This document shows positions 36,686 to 47,022 of a DNA stretch of 64,000 nucleotides, one piece after another; positions within the stretch are counted from its first letter, which is position 1; every line of letters starts with the position of its first letter. The DNA comes from a virus: the IMG/VR virus record IMGVR_UViG_3300002835_000013. One strand, 5' to 3'. The notes below the pieces were generated by a model. The model saw only the letters and a list, made by a program, of their open reading frames with translations. It did not search any database and was not told where the DNA came from. The position numbers and the translations under genes are program-made.

Positions 36686-37909
36686 TCAGAAAGCAACTTC
36701 CTCACCAGTGATGGTTGCTTCCGGTTGCGGAACAGGTTGCGGATCAACGGTTTCATCGACTTTCTTATAGAGTTCCATAAACGCATTCTTAGTATCCACA
36801 TCAAAGCGGTTGAGACAAAGTTCTATAGCCTTCATACGGTTCTGATTAAAGATGGCAAATGCCTCGCAGATATGAACCAGACGGCGAGTGGAGATGATTT
36901 CAGACAAGGCACCTTCATAGAAGGACTTGCGAATAACATCTGCCCAAGTCACCAACTTCTCAACAAATTCGGCACTCTCGATACCAGAAGCACCAAGAAC
37001 ATTGTTGAGGATTTTGGTTTCAATCTTAGTCGAAGGATATTCCTGTTCCATCGTGATAGAGAAACGCTCAAGGAACGCTTCGTTCATAACGTTGGTGCCG
37101 ATAAAGCGACCATCGTCGGAACCCTTACCCTTGGTATTCGCCGTAGCAATAACGTTGAAACCATTTTCAGGATGGACAAGACGGTTAATCTTTTTGAGAT
37201 AAACAGACTTGCCTTCGAGAACAGGCTGGAGACACATTAGCTTATTGGAGCCAAGGTCAACTTCGTCCAGAAGAAGAATAGCACCACGCTGCATGGCAAC
37301 AATAACAGGACCATCCTGCCAGACAGTAGCACCATCGACAAGGCGGAAACCACCAATAAGATCATCTTCGTCGGTTTCAATAGTAATATTGACACGGACG
37401 CACTCACGCTTTTCAACGGCACAAACCTGTTCGACCATCATCGTCTTACCGTTACCAGAAAGACCAGTAACGTAAGCAGGATAAAACTTCTTAGACTTGA
37501 TGATAGAACGAACATCGCTAAAGTTACCGAACGGCACATAGCCATTCGCCTTTTCAGGCACTAGCGAAACCTCGGCAGAAGCAGAAGTGGAAGCCGCAGC
37601 CATAGCAATCGTAGAGGAAGGAGCCATAGCAACAACGGACTCAACAACAGGAATATCAGACTGGATCTTAGCAGTCTTACGAGGAGCAACCGTCTTTTCA
37701 GCAACGGGAGCAAGATTTACACCGTGATCGGTCAAAGCATAAACACCACGACCAACACGGAGAGAGGGATCTTTCACAAGCCAAGCAGGATAAATACCAT
37801 ACTTTTCGTGAATGGTCAAAATTTGCTGACGGGTGATTTCACGAATGGCACCAAACTCAAAGCGGACCTTGTCCAGAAACACAGAACGGTTATCGGTAGA
37901 TTTAGCCAT
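36686..37909 (-). CDS. cobS: CobS/MoxR-like AAA+ ATPase
   Basis: GLSGNGKT, ETDEDDLIGG, LLDEVD, ATANTKGKG, EAFLERF, ISTRRL. Confidence 0.93.
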   Translation of the reverse strand: MAKSTDNRSVFLDKVRFEFGAIREITRQQILTIHEKYGIYPAWLVKDPSLRVGRGVYALTDHGVNLAPVAEKTVAPRKTAKIQSDIPVVESVVAMAPSSTIAMAAASTSASAEVSLVPEKANGYVPFGNFSDVRSIIKSKKFYPAYVTGLSGNGKTMMVEQVCAVEKRECVRVNITIETDEDDLIGGFRLVDGATVWQDGPVIVAMQRGAILLLDEVDLGSNKLMCLQPVLEGKSVYLKKINRLVHPENGFNVIATANTKGKGSDDGRFIGTNVMNEAFLERFSITMEQEYPSTKIETKILNNVLGASGIESAEFVEKLVTWADVIRKSFYEGALSEIISTRRLVHICEAFAIFNQNRMKAIELCLNRFDVDTKNAFMELYKKVDETVDPQPVPQPEATITGEEVAF

Positions 37910-37946
37910 ATCGAAACTTTCCTTTCACGATTTTCGATTATGATGT

Positions 37947-37998
37947 ATTATACCACAAGGAAGGGATCTTGTCAACCCCTTCCTAAGTCTTTGATTTT
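37947..37998 (-). promoter_or_regulatory. sigma70 early promoter with upstream IHF-like site
   Basis: TTGACA-17-TATAAT; AATCAA-AGAC-TTA matches WATCAA-N4-TTR. Confidence 0.7.
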
Positions 37999-40216
37999 AC
38001 GCAATCTTCTTGGACTGTTGCGTAACGTTATTGATGAACTGACGCAGAAGGACACGATTGATGGACTTTTTAGCGGCAAACTTGGAGAATGCCTTGGCCA
38101 TGGATTTCGTGGACTTTGTATTGTCGATTTCCAATTCGTTCTCCGTTTCACGAAGAACATTGGAATTGATCACATAATATTCATCATAACCTTCATTCTT
38201 GACTGGATAGAACTTGTTTTCTTTCCAGAACTTGACAACCTTTTCGACGTAGTGATAGTTGGTACCATCATTCATACCAAAGCGAGACAAGAACCGTTTG
38301 ATGTTGGAATCAGACAGAAAGAAACCAATCAGATTACAATCAGTCTGATCCTTTAGCATCTTTAGAAACTTGTTAGTGGTGTTTGCACCATCACCCCAAC
38401 CGTAAAGGCTGATATCGTAAGTCTTACCAGAAGACTTATCAACATACTTATACATAACCTTACGACCAGGTTGAACACCGGTACAATTTTTGATACCACC
38501 AAGACCGTTTGACTCACCATCGGTAAGGAAAATAGTGTTGACGATTTCCAACTTATGTTTGGCACGGAAGTCGTTGATAATCTTAGGAGCAAGAATAACT
38601 GCCTCATTGAGAGGCGTGCCACCGAGACCATCAGTATAAAGACGACTATGACCACCAACCATAGAAAGAAACGTCATAGCCTCGTTTAGTTCCGCAAGAG
38701 TCATCTTGGAAGATAGAAACTGGCGAAGCACCACGTTACCAAGACCAATAACATTCTCTTTACCAAGATAAGAGAATGGATTTTCAGCACCAGAATCCTT
38801 GAAGGCATACACCTCGAACGGCACTTGGATCTGCTTACAAAACAGAACCAGAGTAAACAACTGCCGAAGAGTATACTTCAGGTTTCTATCCATAGAACCA
38901 GACCAATCAAGAAACATGATAAAGCCATGGTTCTTGCCTTCCGGCACTGTAGTCAACCGACGGAAGATATCATCATTGAACTTGTAAGAGTGGAGTTTAT
39001 TAGTGTCAATAACACCAGTCTTAGCCACAGAAATGCGAGAATACATTTCCGCAGCCTTGCGCTGCTCAAACTCTTTTACAAGAAACGAAATGCTATCTTT
39101 TTCTTTTTGACGCCACTGGTTGAAAGCGGCACGACCTTCTTCAAAGGTCTTCTTAGAAAAGTGTCCGTAGTAACCAGCGCCAACCAGACGACGCCAATCA
39201 CTAAGAACTCGCTTATAATCGTGAATAGCCTTGTCCCAGTTTACATCAGGAAGGGTGACATAGACATAATCGGTATTATCGTCTTTGACTAGTTCCTGAA
39301 CTTTTTCTTCCCAAACACGGTCAGTATAAGACTCGGGAGCCTTGATTTCATCGGAACTGGCACCAGCACCATCAGAGGTATTACCAGAACCATTATCACC
39401 GATATCACCTTCGCCCTTTACAGCGTCGGATTTACCTTCACCTTCGTCACCTTCACCGTCTTCGGCATCTTCTTCGGAATCATCACCATCAAGGTCACCA
39501 TCCCAATCGTCAGCATCATCGGAAAAATCGTCAATGTCATAGGAGTCTCCTTTGTCTCCATCTTCGCTTTCGCCAAGACCGAGGTCGTTATGAATATCGT
39601 TTTCAATCTTATCTTTACAAAAACGATACACCTTCTCGGCAACTTCCACAACCTCTGCGAAAGTTTCAATATTTTCAATCTGCTTTAGAAGCACTCGCTC
39701 TTCGGGAGTAAACTCAATATTGAGATTGATGTTACCACCCTTGAAGTAGACATTGACACGGTCGATAAAGTTCATAGAATTGATATCACGACCCTTCGTG
39801 CCGAAGAAGTCACGGTCAATAAGTTCTTTATAACCAGCGAGATAGTTACGACGAAGACCAGGATAACGGCGCTTCTGGCGCTTGTCAATACGGACATCTT
39901 CGATAACATTAACGAAGCCCTGGACGGTGCGCTTTAGCTGATCGCTAACTTCGGAACCGAATACACGATTAGCAATATCCTCATATGCCTTTTTATACTC
40001 TTCGCCTGAAGGCGTATCAATAGCATGAGCCGTTTCGTGACCGATAAGCAAATGCTCAAGATCCTGCGAAATATCATGCCACATAGGCAGCATAAGAACA
40101 CGGTTCTTGAGGTCGAACATAGCGGTTTTGATACCGCTCTTATGCTGAACAGTAATGTTCTCGGTCGCCAACAGCTTGGCAAGAAGCGAGTTGGAATTTA
40201 CGGTCATTGCGGTCAT
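37997..40216 (-). CDS. CobT-like HExxH peptidase / VWA-domain protein
   Basis: LAKLLATENI, GHETAH, NVIEDVRI, MIDAS DWSGSM, GGTPL, LTDGE. Confidence 0.9.
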   Translation of the reverse strand: MTAMTVNSNSLLAKLLATENITVQHKSGIKTAMFDLKNRVLMLPMWHDISQDLEHLLIGHETAHAIDTPSGEEYKKAYEDIANRVFGSEVSDQLKRTVQGFVNVIEDVRIDKRQKRRYPGLRRNYLAGYKELIDRDFFGTKGRDINSMNFIDRVNVYFKGGNINLNIEFTPEERVLLKQIENIETFAEVVEVAEKVYRFCKDKIENDIHNDLGLGESEDGDKGDSYDIDDFSDDADDWDGDLDGDDSEEDAEDGEGDEGEGKSDAVKGEGDIGDNGSGNTSDGAGASSDEIKAPESYTDRVWEEKVQELVKDDNTDYVYVTLPDVNWDKAIHDYKRVLSDWRRLVGAGYYGHFSKKTFEEGRAAFNQWRQKEKDSISFLVKEFEQRKAAEMYSRISVAKTGVIDTNKLHSYKFNDDIFRRLTTVPEGKNHGFIMFLDWSGSMDRNLKYTLRQLFTLVLFCKQIQVPFEVYAFKDSGAENPFSYLGKENVIGLGNVVLRQFLSSKMTLAELNEAMTFLSMVGGHSRLYTDGLGGTPLNEAVILAPKIINDFRAKHKLEIVNTIFLTDGESNGLGGIKNCTGVQPGRKVMYKYVDKSSGKTYDISLYGWGDGANTTNKFLKMLKDQTDCNLIGFFLSDSNIKRFLSRFGMNDGTNYHYVEKVVKFWKENKFYPVKNEGYDEYYVINSNVLRETENELEIDNTKSTKSMAKAFSKFAAKKSINRVLLRQFINNVTQQSKKIA

Positions 40217-40428
40217 AGTGTTCCTTTCACGATTTTCACAAGTATAGCAAAACCGGTCGCATTTGTCAAGTCATAACAAAAACAACGACTTATGAGGTCA
40301 TTGTCTTGATGAGTTTGTAAACAACGTATGCCAGAAATGGAAATAATGCCAAGTGGATGATATGTTCCCATTGTGATTGTAAACTGTAGAAATCAAAATA
40401 ATGTGCGGTAGGCGTAAATGTCACGATG

Positions 40429-41331
40429 TTATCCTCTAAAGTTAGTTTCCAGTCTCATACCGTAGTTATTGATTCCTTTCGGTATCACAACATCTTTCTT
40501 GTAAATGAGTTGGTTCTTTTTGAACGGTGAATAATCCACATAATGATGCCAGCGTCCATACTTGAACACCATTCTAGCAACATCTGGGTGTAAGTCAACC
40601 AACATTTTTGATTTGTTCCAAGTGCCTTCTGGATTCAGTTGTCCGTCACGCCACTTTTCCTTATCAAGATCGCCTTCGACATGATAAAACTCTTGTGTAT
40701 TACCACCTTTGACAGTTTGTGTGGCACATTTACCTTGCATGAAGGCATTGAACTGAATGGTGCAATCACCATCTTTCAATACACGAAGGCAAATATCTGT
40801 ATCTTCGTTATAACGACCACGCCAACGATGCTCACAATCGTTGCGGATCAATAGAGTTGAATAGATACGGGTGTTAGCAACGAAAGGAGGATACTTGCTA
40901 TTAGGCGCAATAAAGAACCGATATTGAAAGCCAGAGATAGGAACATTCTCATAACGATCAACAAACTCTTCCGCAGCACGAAAGATGGCACCAGACTCCA
41001 CACGAATACGCTTGTTTCTATGAAGACGATAAAAGTCTGAAATGTTATCGTCTAGAACCCAATGTGCCTTGGCACCAATAGAGATAGAATGATCCCATGC
41101 CCAGTTTCTGGCACGACCAGGACCATCACCATGATTAGAGAAAGGAGCCACAAGGAGAGTAACGTAAGGACGAATGCCAAAATGATCTAAGGCATATTCG
41201 TAGTTTTCTTCGTCTTGTGGCTCAATCACAATAGAATGTGGCACCTTCATTCTCGCCAGAGACTTGGAGGTGATCATACTTTCATGTCTGCCTTTAGAAA
41301 CAATATAAACAGGATAAATTGGATTAGTCAT
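40429..41331 (-). CDS. TET-associated/GREB1-like glycosyltransferase (possible DNA-base modifier)
   Basis: YIVSKGR, ARNWAWDHS, WVLDDNI, RYNEDTD, KGGNT. Confidence 0.75.
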   Translation of the reverse strand: MTNPIYPVYIVSKGRHESMITSKSLARMKVPHSIVIEPQDEENYEYALDHFGIRPYVTLLVAPFSNHGDGPGRARNWAWDHSISIGAKAHWVLDDNISDFYRLHRNKRIRVESGAIFRAAEEFVDRYENVPISGFQYRFFIAPNSKYPPFVANTRIYSTLLIRNDCEHRWRGRYNEDTDICLRVLKDGDCTIQFNAFMQGKCATQTVKGGNTQEFYHVEGDLDKEKWRDGQLNPEGTWNKSKMLVDLHPDVARMVFKYGRWHHYVDYSPFKKNQLIYKKDVVIPKGINNYGMRLETNFRG

Positions 41332-41332
41332 T

Positions 41333-42022
41333 TTACTTCACACAATAAACAATGTTCACCCAGGCAGCCTTAGTGTCGGCTCTAGCAGTCACAGAACTAA
41401 AGTGTCCTCGGAGCAAATCTAAAATCTCATTATACTTTTCATGTGTATCAATATCATTCAAATGAGCATGATGAAATTCCATAATGAACTCTCTTACACC
41501 ATCAAAGGTCTTTAGTGCCTTCAAGCATTCATACTCACCACCTTCAATATCCATCTTGATAATGGTTGGACGGTAATCTTCTATCACTTTGTTGATGTTG
41601 ATACAAGGTACCTGTGTCACATCTCTACCTCGCTTATGAATTAGAGAATGAGCGCCCTTGTTCTTTTTGACATTGATAGAAAACTCTCTTGTAGGATCAT
41701 CATTACCAATAACAGCTAGATTATACAACTCATAACGAGATTTGTCAAATTCATTCAGTTCCATGTTGCGACAAGCTAGTTCATAGTTCTCCGCATCGGC
41801 TTCATATGAATAAACTTTCTTAGCACCTTTCTTGAGAGCAAAGGCAGTGAACATACCAATATTCAAACCAAAATCTAGAATAACATCGTCACTGGTAATC
41901 TTCAATTTGTTGTATTCGCCAGAGAAAACTTCCTTGACAACAAAAGCATCGGACGTGCCTTTTCTAACAAATGCTTTTACATCTTTAAAGGTAACTTCTT
42001 CAATAATATCTTCACTACTCAT
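41333..42022 (-). CDS. FkbM-family methyltransferase
   Basis: LDFGLNIGMF, YEAD, KMDIEGGEY, MEFH. Confidence 0.88.
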   Translation of the reverse strand: MSSEDIIEEVTFKDVKAFVRKGTSDAFVVKEVFSGEYNKLKITSDDVILDFGLNIGMFTAFALKKGAKKVYSYEADAENYELACRNMELNEFDKSRYELYNLAVIGNDDPTREFSINVKKNKGAHSLIHKRGRDVTQVPCININKVIEDYRPTIIKMDIEGGEYECLKALKTFDGVREFIMEFHHAHLNDIDTHEKYNEILDLLRGHFSSVTARADTKAAWVNIVYCVK

Positions 42023-42360
42023 TACTCGTCCTCCACCCATCTCAATAGACTGTTAGCTTCTCTATCTAGCTTAGGATGCCAAATGCTCTTTGTCTTCTCA
42101 GATAGGTTCTGACCGATTAGAGTGGCAAACTCCTCATAATCTTCTTTGGTGCGAAAAGATACAATAATTCTTTTGTATGGAGGATTATCTTCCTGAACAA
42201 ACTCAGGCATGCCTACCCAATGTTTCTTCCATAACTTTTCTTCAATATCTCTAACAGCTTCTTCACCAAGAAAGGCGCTTAGAGTGCCGTCTTCAAACTC
42301 TTTTACATCCAAACAGTTTTCATATTGTGTAGTTTCATCAATCTTTGGTTTCTTCGCCAT
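42022..42360 (-). CDS. conserved hypothetical protein
   Basis: WVGMPEF...TKSIWHP motif; coupled to the methyltransferase gene. Confidence 0.7.
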   Translation of the reverse strand: MAKKPKIDETTQYENCLDVKEFEDGTLSAFLGEEAVRDIEEKLWKKHWVGMPEFVQEDNPPYKRIIVSFRTKEDYEEFATLIGQNLSEKTKSIWHPKLDREANSLLRWVEDE

Positions 42361-42831
42361 TCTCTACTCCATAAAGCAATTCAAATGCTCCTTCCGGAAA
42401 TGTCTTACCAGGTTCCTGACCAACCAATGTTACAACTCCTGCCACACTTAGCATCTTATCTATAACATATGTCTCACCAAAAAGCAAGTCACGATTTACA
42501 TATAGAAAATCCTTTTTCACTCTTACAACATCGCCAGACTTGAACGGCGAAAAGTTCTCTCTCACTTCCATCTTTCCTTAATCTCTTTTACTCTTTCTTC
42601 CAGATATCCACGGATGATCGTCATTTCATTTGTTTGTTCGCAATTCACTTTAATGTGATTGCGTAATTCAAAATCAAAGGCAGTCATCAACATCCAATCG
42701 TGTGAATATGAATGTGTTTTGTGTGGATCAGTTTTTTCCATACTGTTTACTCCAGAGATAGTTGTTTAGATATACAACGAATGTTGCCACTCGATCCATA
42801 AACCAACTATTCCAGAACCAATGATTGTATC

Positions 42832-43065
42832 TCATAGAATGATTCCTTTTGATACCAGGCCAGTAACATAAATGACACTAATGACTGCCTGAATAACCAT
42901 TAGTGACTTTTTCTTCCACATATATCCTACAGCAAACCATCCGATGTTACCTACAAACTGAACAGCAAGGTTTAGAGGATACACATTCCAAGCAGTTAAA
43001 ACGGCGCCAATGATAACCAGTGCCGTTGAAGTCCATTCTAGAAAGAACTCATAGTCAAATTTCAT
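42832..43065 (-). CDS. small three-TM membrane protein
   Basis: YPLN motif and hydrophobic helices. Confidence 0.7.
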   Translation of the reverse strand: MKFDYEFFLEWTSTALVIIGAVLTAWNVYPLNLAVQFVGNIGWFAVGYMWKKKSLMVIQAVISVIYVTGLVSKGIIL

Positions 43066-43660
43066 CTAATCTTTTTCCTTCCACAGCGTCAACAAGTTCC
43101 AATCCAATAACATACTTATCACTAGCACTCTTGTTTGATGTGGTCCAATGATCTAAAGTTGATTGGAAAATAATAACGTCGCCTTGCTGCATGAATACAT
43201 TATACTCACCATATTCAGGAATGTCAATGACTAGATCACCTGCGTTGTCTTCCCTCTTGATATAGTAAAGCATATCGATTATTATCTTTTTATCATCATT
43301 TAGATATCTGTGATTATGTATGCCAACAAACGTATCAGGAGGATATCTATTAGCCCACATTCCAGCAATACGAACATCCGATTCCATCACAGACACGCTT
43401 GTAAGATACTCTCTCATATTTTGTTTGATGAATGAAAGGAAATCTATAAACTCTGTCCATTCATACAATCTTTTACCACTATCATCTTTGTTATGGAACG
43501 AACAGCAACCATTCTCGATGAACTGTGGAAGATTGTTAGGTTGTCTTGTTATATATTCAAGTCTATTAGAAACATCTGCAAAGAGTTTATCTGTATTCGG
43601 ATAAACAGTTCTCAATATTTTTGTTGTTCCTATTTCATGTATCATCGTAAAACTAGCCAA
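43055..43660 (-). CDS. putative 2OG-Fe(II) oxygenase
   Basis: MWAN...HNH...YY...GDVIIFQSTLDH. Confidence 0.7.
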   Translation of the reverse strand: MASFTMIHEIGTTKILRTVYPNTDKLFADVSNRLEYITRQPNNLPQFIENGCCSFHNKDDSGKRLYEWTEFIDFLSFIKQNMREYLTSVSVMESDVRIAGMWANRYPPDTFVGIHNHRYLNDDKKIIIDMLYYIKREDNAGDLVIDIPEYGEYNVFMQQGDVIIFQSTLDHWTTSNKSASDKYVIGLELVDAVEGKRLDEI

Positions 43661-44298
43661 TATCGTCTATAATGATTGACTTCACCATAATGCTGTGAGT
43701 TGTTCACGTTGTTTTGATTCCAACTGTAATGATGATTATCTCTAACATCGGTTGTTAGCCAATGTCCTATAGAATCTAACTCAAGAATATCAAAACGAAG
43801 AAACTTGCATCCTAGATTAGTTAAATGTTCTTCTATACCTTCTTCCGTCAGTGAAGGATTATCACATTCATAAGGTCCATATATCGGATGTTTCAAACTA
43901 GGCGAAGGATGAACAGCGGATTCTAATATCATTGTATTAGAATGTTTTAAAGCGCATTCTAAGTCTTGCTGCCAATTTTCTACATGATACAGAACACCGA
44001 TATGTAGAATCAAATCAAATGTTGCTAGTAAATCATAAGATTCATTTTGATTGATTCTACAAACTTTGGGAGAAAAGTTCATATCTCTTAATCTATTAAC
44101 TATGCTTTCGAGGTGTTCGTTTCTAACATCTGTGAACGTAACATCAGCACCAAGTTTCAATAGCTCAATACCGATGTCACCGTGTGCTGAACCAAGTTCT
44201 AATACTGTCTTGCCTTTGAACCAACTTTTACCAAAAATGTCAATGAGTCTTTTGACTCTCTTGTTAGTCCAATCTTCATAGAACAGATGTTTCATCAA
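43642..44298 (-). CDS. class I SAM methyltransferase
   Basis: VLELGSAHG, FDLILHIGVLYH. Confidence 0.85.
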   Translation of the reverse strand: MMKHLFYEDWTNKRVKRLIDIFGKSWFKGKTVLELGSAHGDIGIELLKLGADVTFTDVRNEHLESIVNRLRDMNFSPKVCRINQNESYDLLATFDLILHIGVLYHVENWQQDLECALKHSNTMILESAVHPSPSLKHPIYGPYECDNPSLTEEGIEEHLTNLGCKFLRFDILELDSIGHWLTTDVRDNHHYSWNQNNVNNSQHYGEVNHYRRYWLVLR

Positions 44299-44366
44299 CC
44301 CATCCCATTTGAGAGAGACCTGTCCATAGGTTATCTAGATTGTAAGTCTGATAACCGTATTTGATA

Positions 44367-44687
44367 TCATTCAGGATCATTAGCATTGTCGTCTCCCATC
44401 ATGCCACGGAAATCAAAGTTTTCGTTCAACTGTGAGTCTTCCATCTTTTGTGCTAACTTTTGTAATCTTTCACCTAGCTTTTCTAGATTGATAATCATAA
44501 TAGCATCACGGATCATGCTATTCACATTCTGTCCTGTCTCAAGATCAAGGTCTTTCATAACTTCTTCCGAAACAGCAAGGCGCTCAGGTGTACCTTCAGG
44601 ACCTGGAGCCCACACCCATGGAATTTCTCCGCTATCCATCATTCGTTCGGCTTTCGCCATGGCACGGAGGATTTCTTTGTCTAACAT
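44367..44687 (-). CDS. hypothetical protein
   Basis: AAGGA RBS; early promoter upstream. Confidence 0.7.
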   Translation of the reverse strand: MLDKEILRAMAKAERMMDSGEIPWVWAPGPEGTPERLAVSEEVMKDLDLETGQNVNSMIRDAIMIINLEKLGERLQKLAQKMEDSQLNENFDFRGMMGDDNANDPE

Positions 44688-44723
44688 ATCTATTCCTTTC
44701 AGCTAGACATACATCATATAACA

Positions 44724-46445
44724 TTATGGTTCTTTTGTCAAGACCGAAAAATTCTTTATCTTTTCAAACCTGATAGTTCTCTGGAATCTATCGGTCATTG
44801 TATCCTTATGTGAGATAACAAAGATGTTGGTACCTTTGTCACCCATCTCCCACATGATTTTGATAAACTCGTCAATGCCTGTGGCGTCCATAGCACGATC
44901 AAGGATTTCATCAAACACCAGAATGTTCACGTTCACAGAGTTTTTGAGTTTTGCTATTTGACGCCATGTTAGCAGAATAGCAAGATCGATTCTTAGTTTC
45001 TCTCCTTCGGAGAAGTTTTGATAGGAGAACTCGTCTCGGTATCTTGACTTGATAGACTCCTCAAAAGATTCGTTGATGTGAAAGTTGACAAAGAAACCCA
45101 GTTTTGCCAAGTATTTGTTGATATGCTTATTGATGATTGGTAGATACTGTTTAATGATCTTAGTCTTGATTCCACCATCCTTAAGTAGAGTTGTTGCCAA
45201 GTCAATATATTGTCTATCATCTAAAAGGGCCTTCTTTTCTTCTTCGAGGGTGGAAATATCATGTTGGACTGCGGTGAGTTGTCGTTCCGACTCTTGGGTA
45301 GTCTTGTCAGATATGGCAAACTCCTCAATCTGTTTAGTGACTTGACTAAGATTATTAGCCATATGGTTATAGGAAGTTTTAGCAGATGAAAGATCCATTT
45401 TAATCTGATTGATGTTACGGAGAACTTCATCTATCTTCTCGATTTCTGCCAATACGCCATCGATTTGGTCAGCAATCTTATTTAGTCCTCTTGATAGTTC
45501 ACTTGCTTTGGAATCCATCTCCTCAAGTCTATTTTCTTTGAATGAAGCATCAATGGATTGATGACAAGTCGGACAAGTATCATTCTCGTTTAGAAACTCT
45601 ACCTCCTTCGTCAGTCTCTCCATGTTACCTTCCATCTTGGCCTTGAGACCAATCATTTTAGAATGCTTAGACTTTAGTGGTGTTAGGTCTAGATCATTTT
45701 CGGTGGCCTTTTCATAATCGATTTTTAGATTTTCGACCACACATTCTTGCTTGATGTATTCTTGTTCAAGATCATTCTTCTTTGATTCTAGTTCTCTTAA
45801 CTTTTCTTCATTATTAGCCTTCAATGAAGCCAAAGTCTGTTCAATATAAGACTTGTTCTCTTCCTTGCTTGTTAGAAGCAAACGATTCTTCTCCAAGCCT
45901 TCTTTGTTCACCTGTAGTCTATTCTTGATGACAGTGGACATAGCAGAGAAGATTTGAATATCCAGTAGGTCCTCAATAACCGAGCGGCGATCATTGGCAG
46001 ACAACTGCATAAACGGAACGAACGATGCCGAGCCAAGAATAACAACCTGTGTAAAGGACTTATAGTTCATCCGTAGAATGTTCTTCTCAAGATGCTCCTG
46101 ATAATCTTTAGCAGCGGCATCTTGATTGACCATCTTATCTTCGCAATAAATCTGAAAGACATTCGGCTTGGCGCCACGAATGACCTTATAAAGTTTATTG
46201 TTGATGGTAAATTCAATTTCCACAACGCAGTTTTTGTTATTGATGGAGTTTACGACATTACCTTTGTTCACCTTACGGAATGGCTTACCGAAAAGAACAA
46301 AGCACAGGGCATCAAGCAATGTTGATTTCCCTGCGCCGTTGTGACCCATGATAAGGGTGTTCTTATGAGAGTCTAACTCAATCTCGGTAAACACATTTCC
46401 AGATGATAGAAAGTTCTTATATCTAATCACATGGAATGTTATCAT
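44724..46445 (-). CDS. gp46: SbcC/Rad50-like recombination nuclease ATPase subunit
   Basis: KNFLSSGN, GHNGAGKS, CPTC hook, FSEGEK, DEILD, SH. Confidence 0.96.
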   Translation of the reverse strand: MITFHVIRYKNFLSSGNVFTEIELDSHKNTLIMGHNGAGKSTLLDALCFVLFGKPFRKVNKGNVVNSINNKNCVVEIEFTINNKLYKVIRGAKPNVFQIYCEDKMVNQDAAAKDYQEHLEKNILRMNYKSFTQVVILGSASFVPFMQLSANDRRSVIEDLLDIQIFSAMSTVIKNRLQVNKEGLEKNRLLLTSKEENKSYIEQTLASLKANNEEKLRELESKKNDLEQEYIKQECVVENLKIDYEKATENDLDLTPLKSKHSKMIGLKAKMEGNMERLTKEVEFLNENDTCPTCHQSIDASFKENRLEEMDSKASELSRGLNKIADQIDGVLAEIEKIDEVLRNINQIKMDLSSAKTSYNHMANNLSQVTKQIEEFAISDKTTQESERQLTAVQHDISTLEEEKKALLDDRQYIDLATTLLKDGGIKTKIIKQYLPIINKHINKYLAKLGFFVNFHINESFEESIKSRYRDEFSYQNFSEGEKLRIDLAILLTWRQIAKLKNSVNVNILVFDEILDRAMDATGIDEFIKIMWEMGDKGTNIFVISHKDTMTDRFQRTIRFEKIKNFSVLTKEP

Positions 46446-46461
46446 ACTAAAATTCCTATTC

Positions 46462-46950
46462 TCAATACCACAAATATGTTTTTTCCGCAAACTTTCTTGC
46501 TTCTATAGCATCTTCAAGAAAGATAAACTTTCCTAAGTATATTCTTACACCATCAACACATATATCTGCTTTCCATCTATTAGATTGTGTATTGAAGGAA
46601 ACACCAGGATAACCTGAAGTATTATCGTTTCTTATACCTCTATTCTGGCAGTTTTTCGTATGGGTTGTTATGCGAAGATTAGACCATTTATCATTGCTTC
46701 TATTTCTGTCGATGTGATCTACTTCACCATTTGGAAACTCTCCTGTCATATATAAGAAAACCAAATGTGATGAATAGTAACTTTTACCATCTACACAGAT
46801 TCTACGATACCCTGCGGAACGACCTTGATTTGATATATTTCCTGCTTGCGGTCTTTTGGTTCCGTTTCTTCGTAACCAGGTCCATTCTCCAGTATCAGAG
46901 TCGTAATGAAGCAGTTTCTTGAGATGTTCTTGGGTTAGATAAATAGACAT
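46462..46950 (-). mobile_element. free-standing HNH homing endonuclease with AP2 domain
   Basis: VDHIDRNRSNDKWSNLR, NTSGYPGV, YLGKF; late motif and hairpins at 46955-47019. Confidence 0.9.
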
Positions 46951-47022
46951 AGGCTGGCGCTCCTGTTTAGCGTTAGAGTAGGCAGGTGCTGGTAACACCG
47001 TGGCCTACATCTATTTAGCATT

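Noticed and set aside
36686-40216. Cobalamin biosynthesis auxiliary genes
   Set aside because: The CobS-like AAA+ and VWA pair is common in T4-like phages and no cobN or other cob genes are present.
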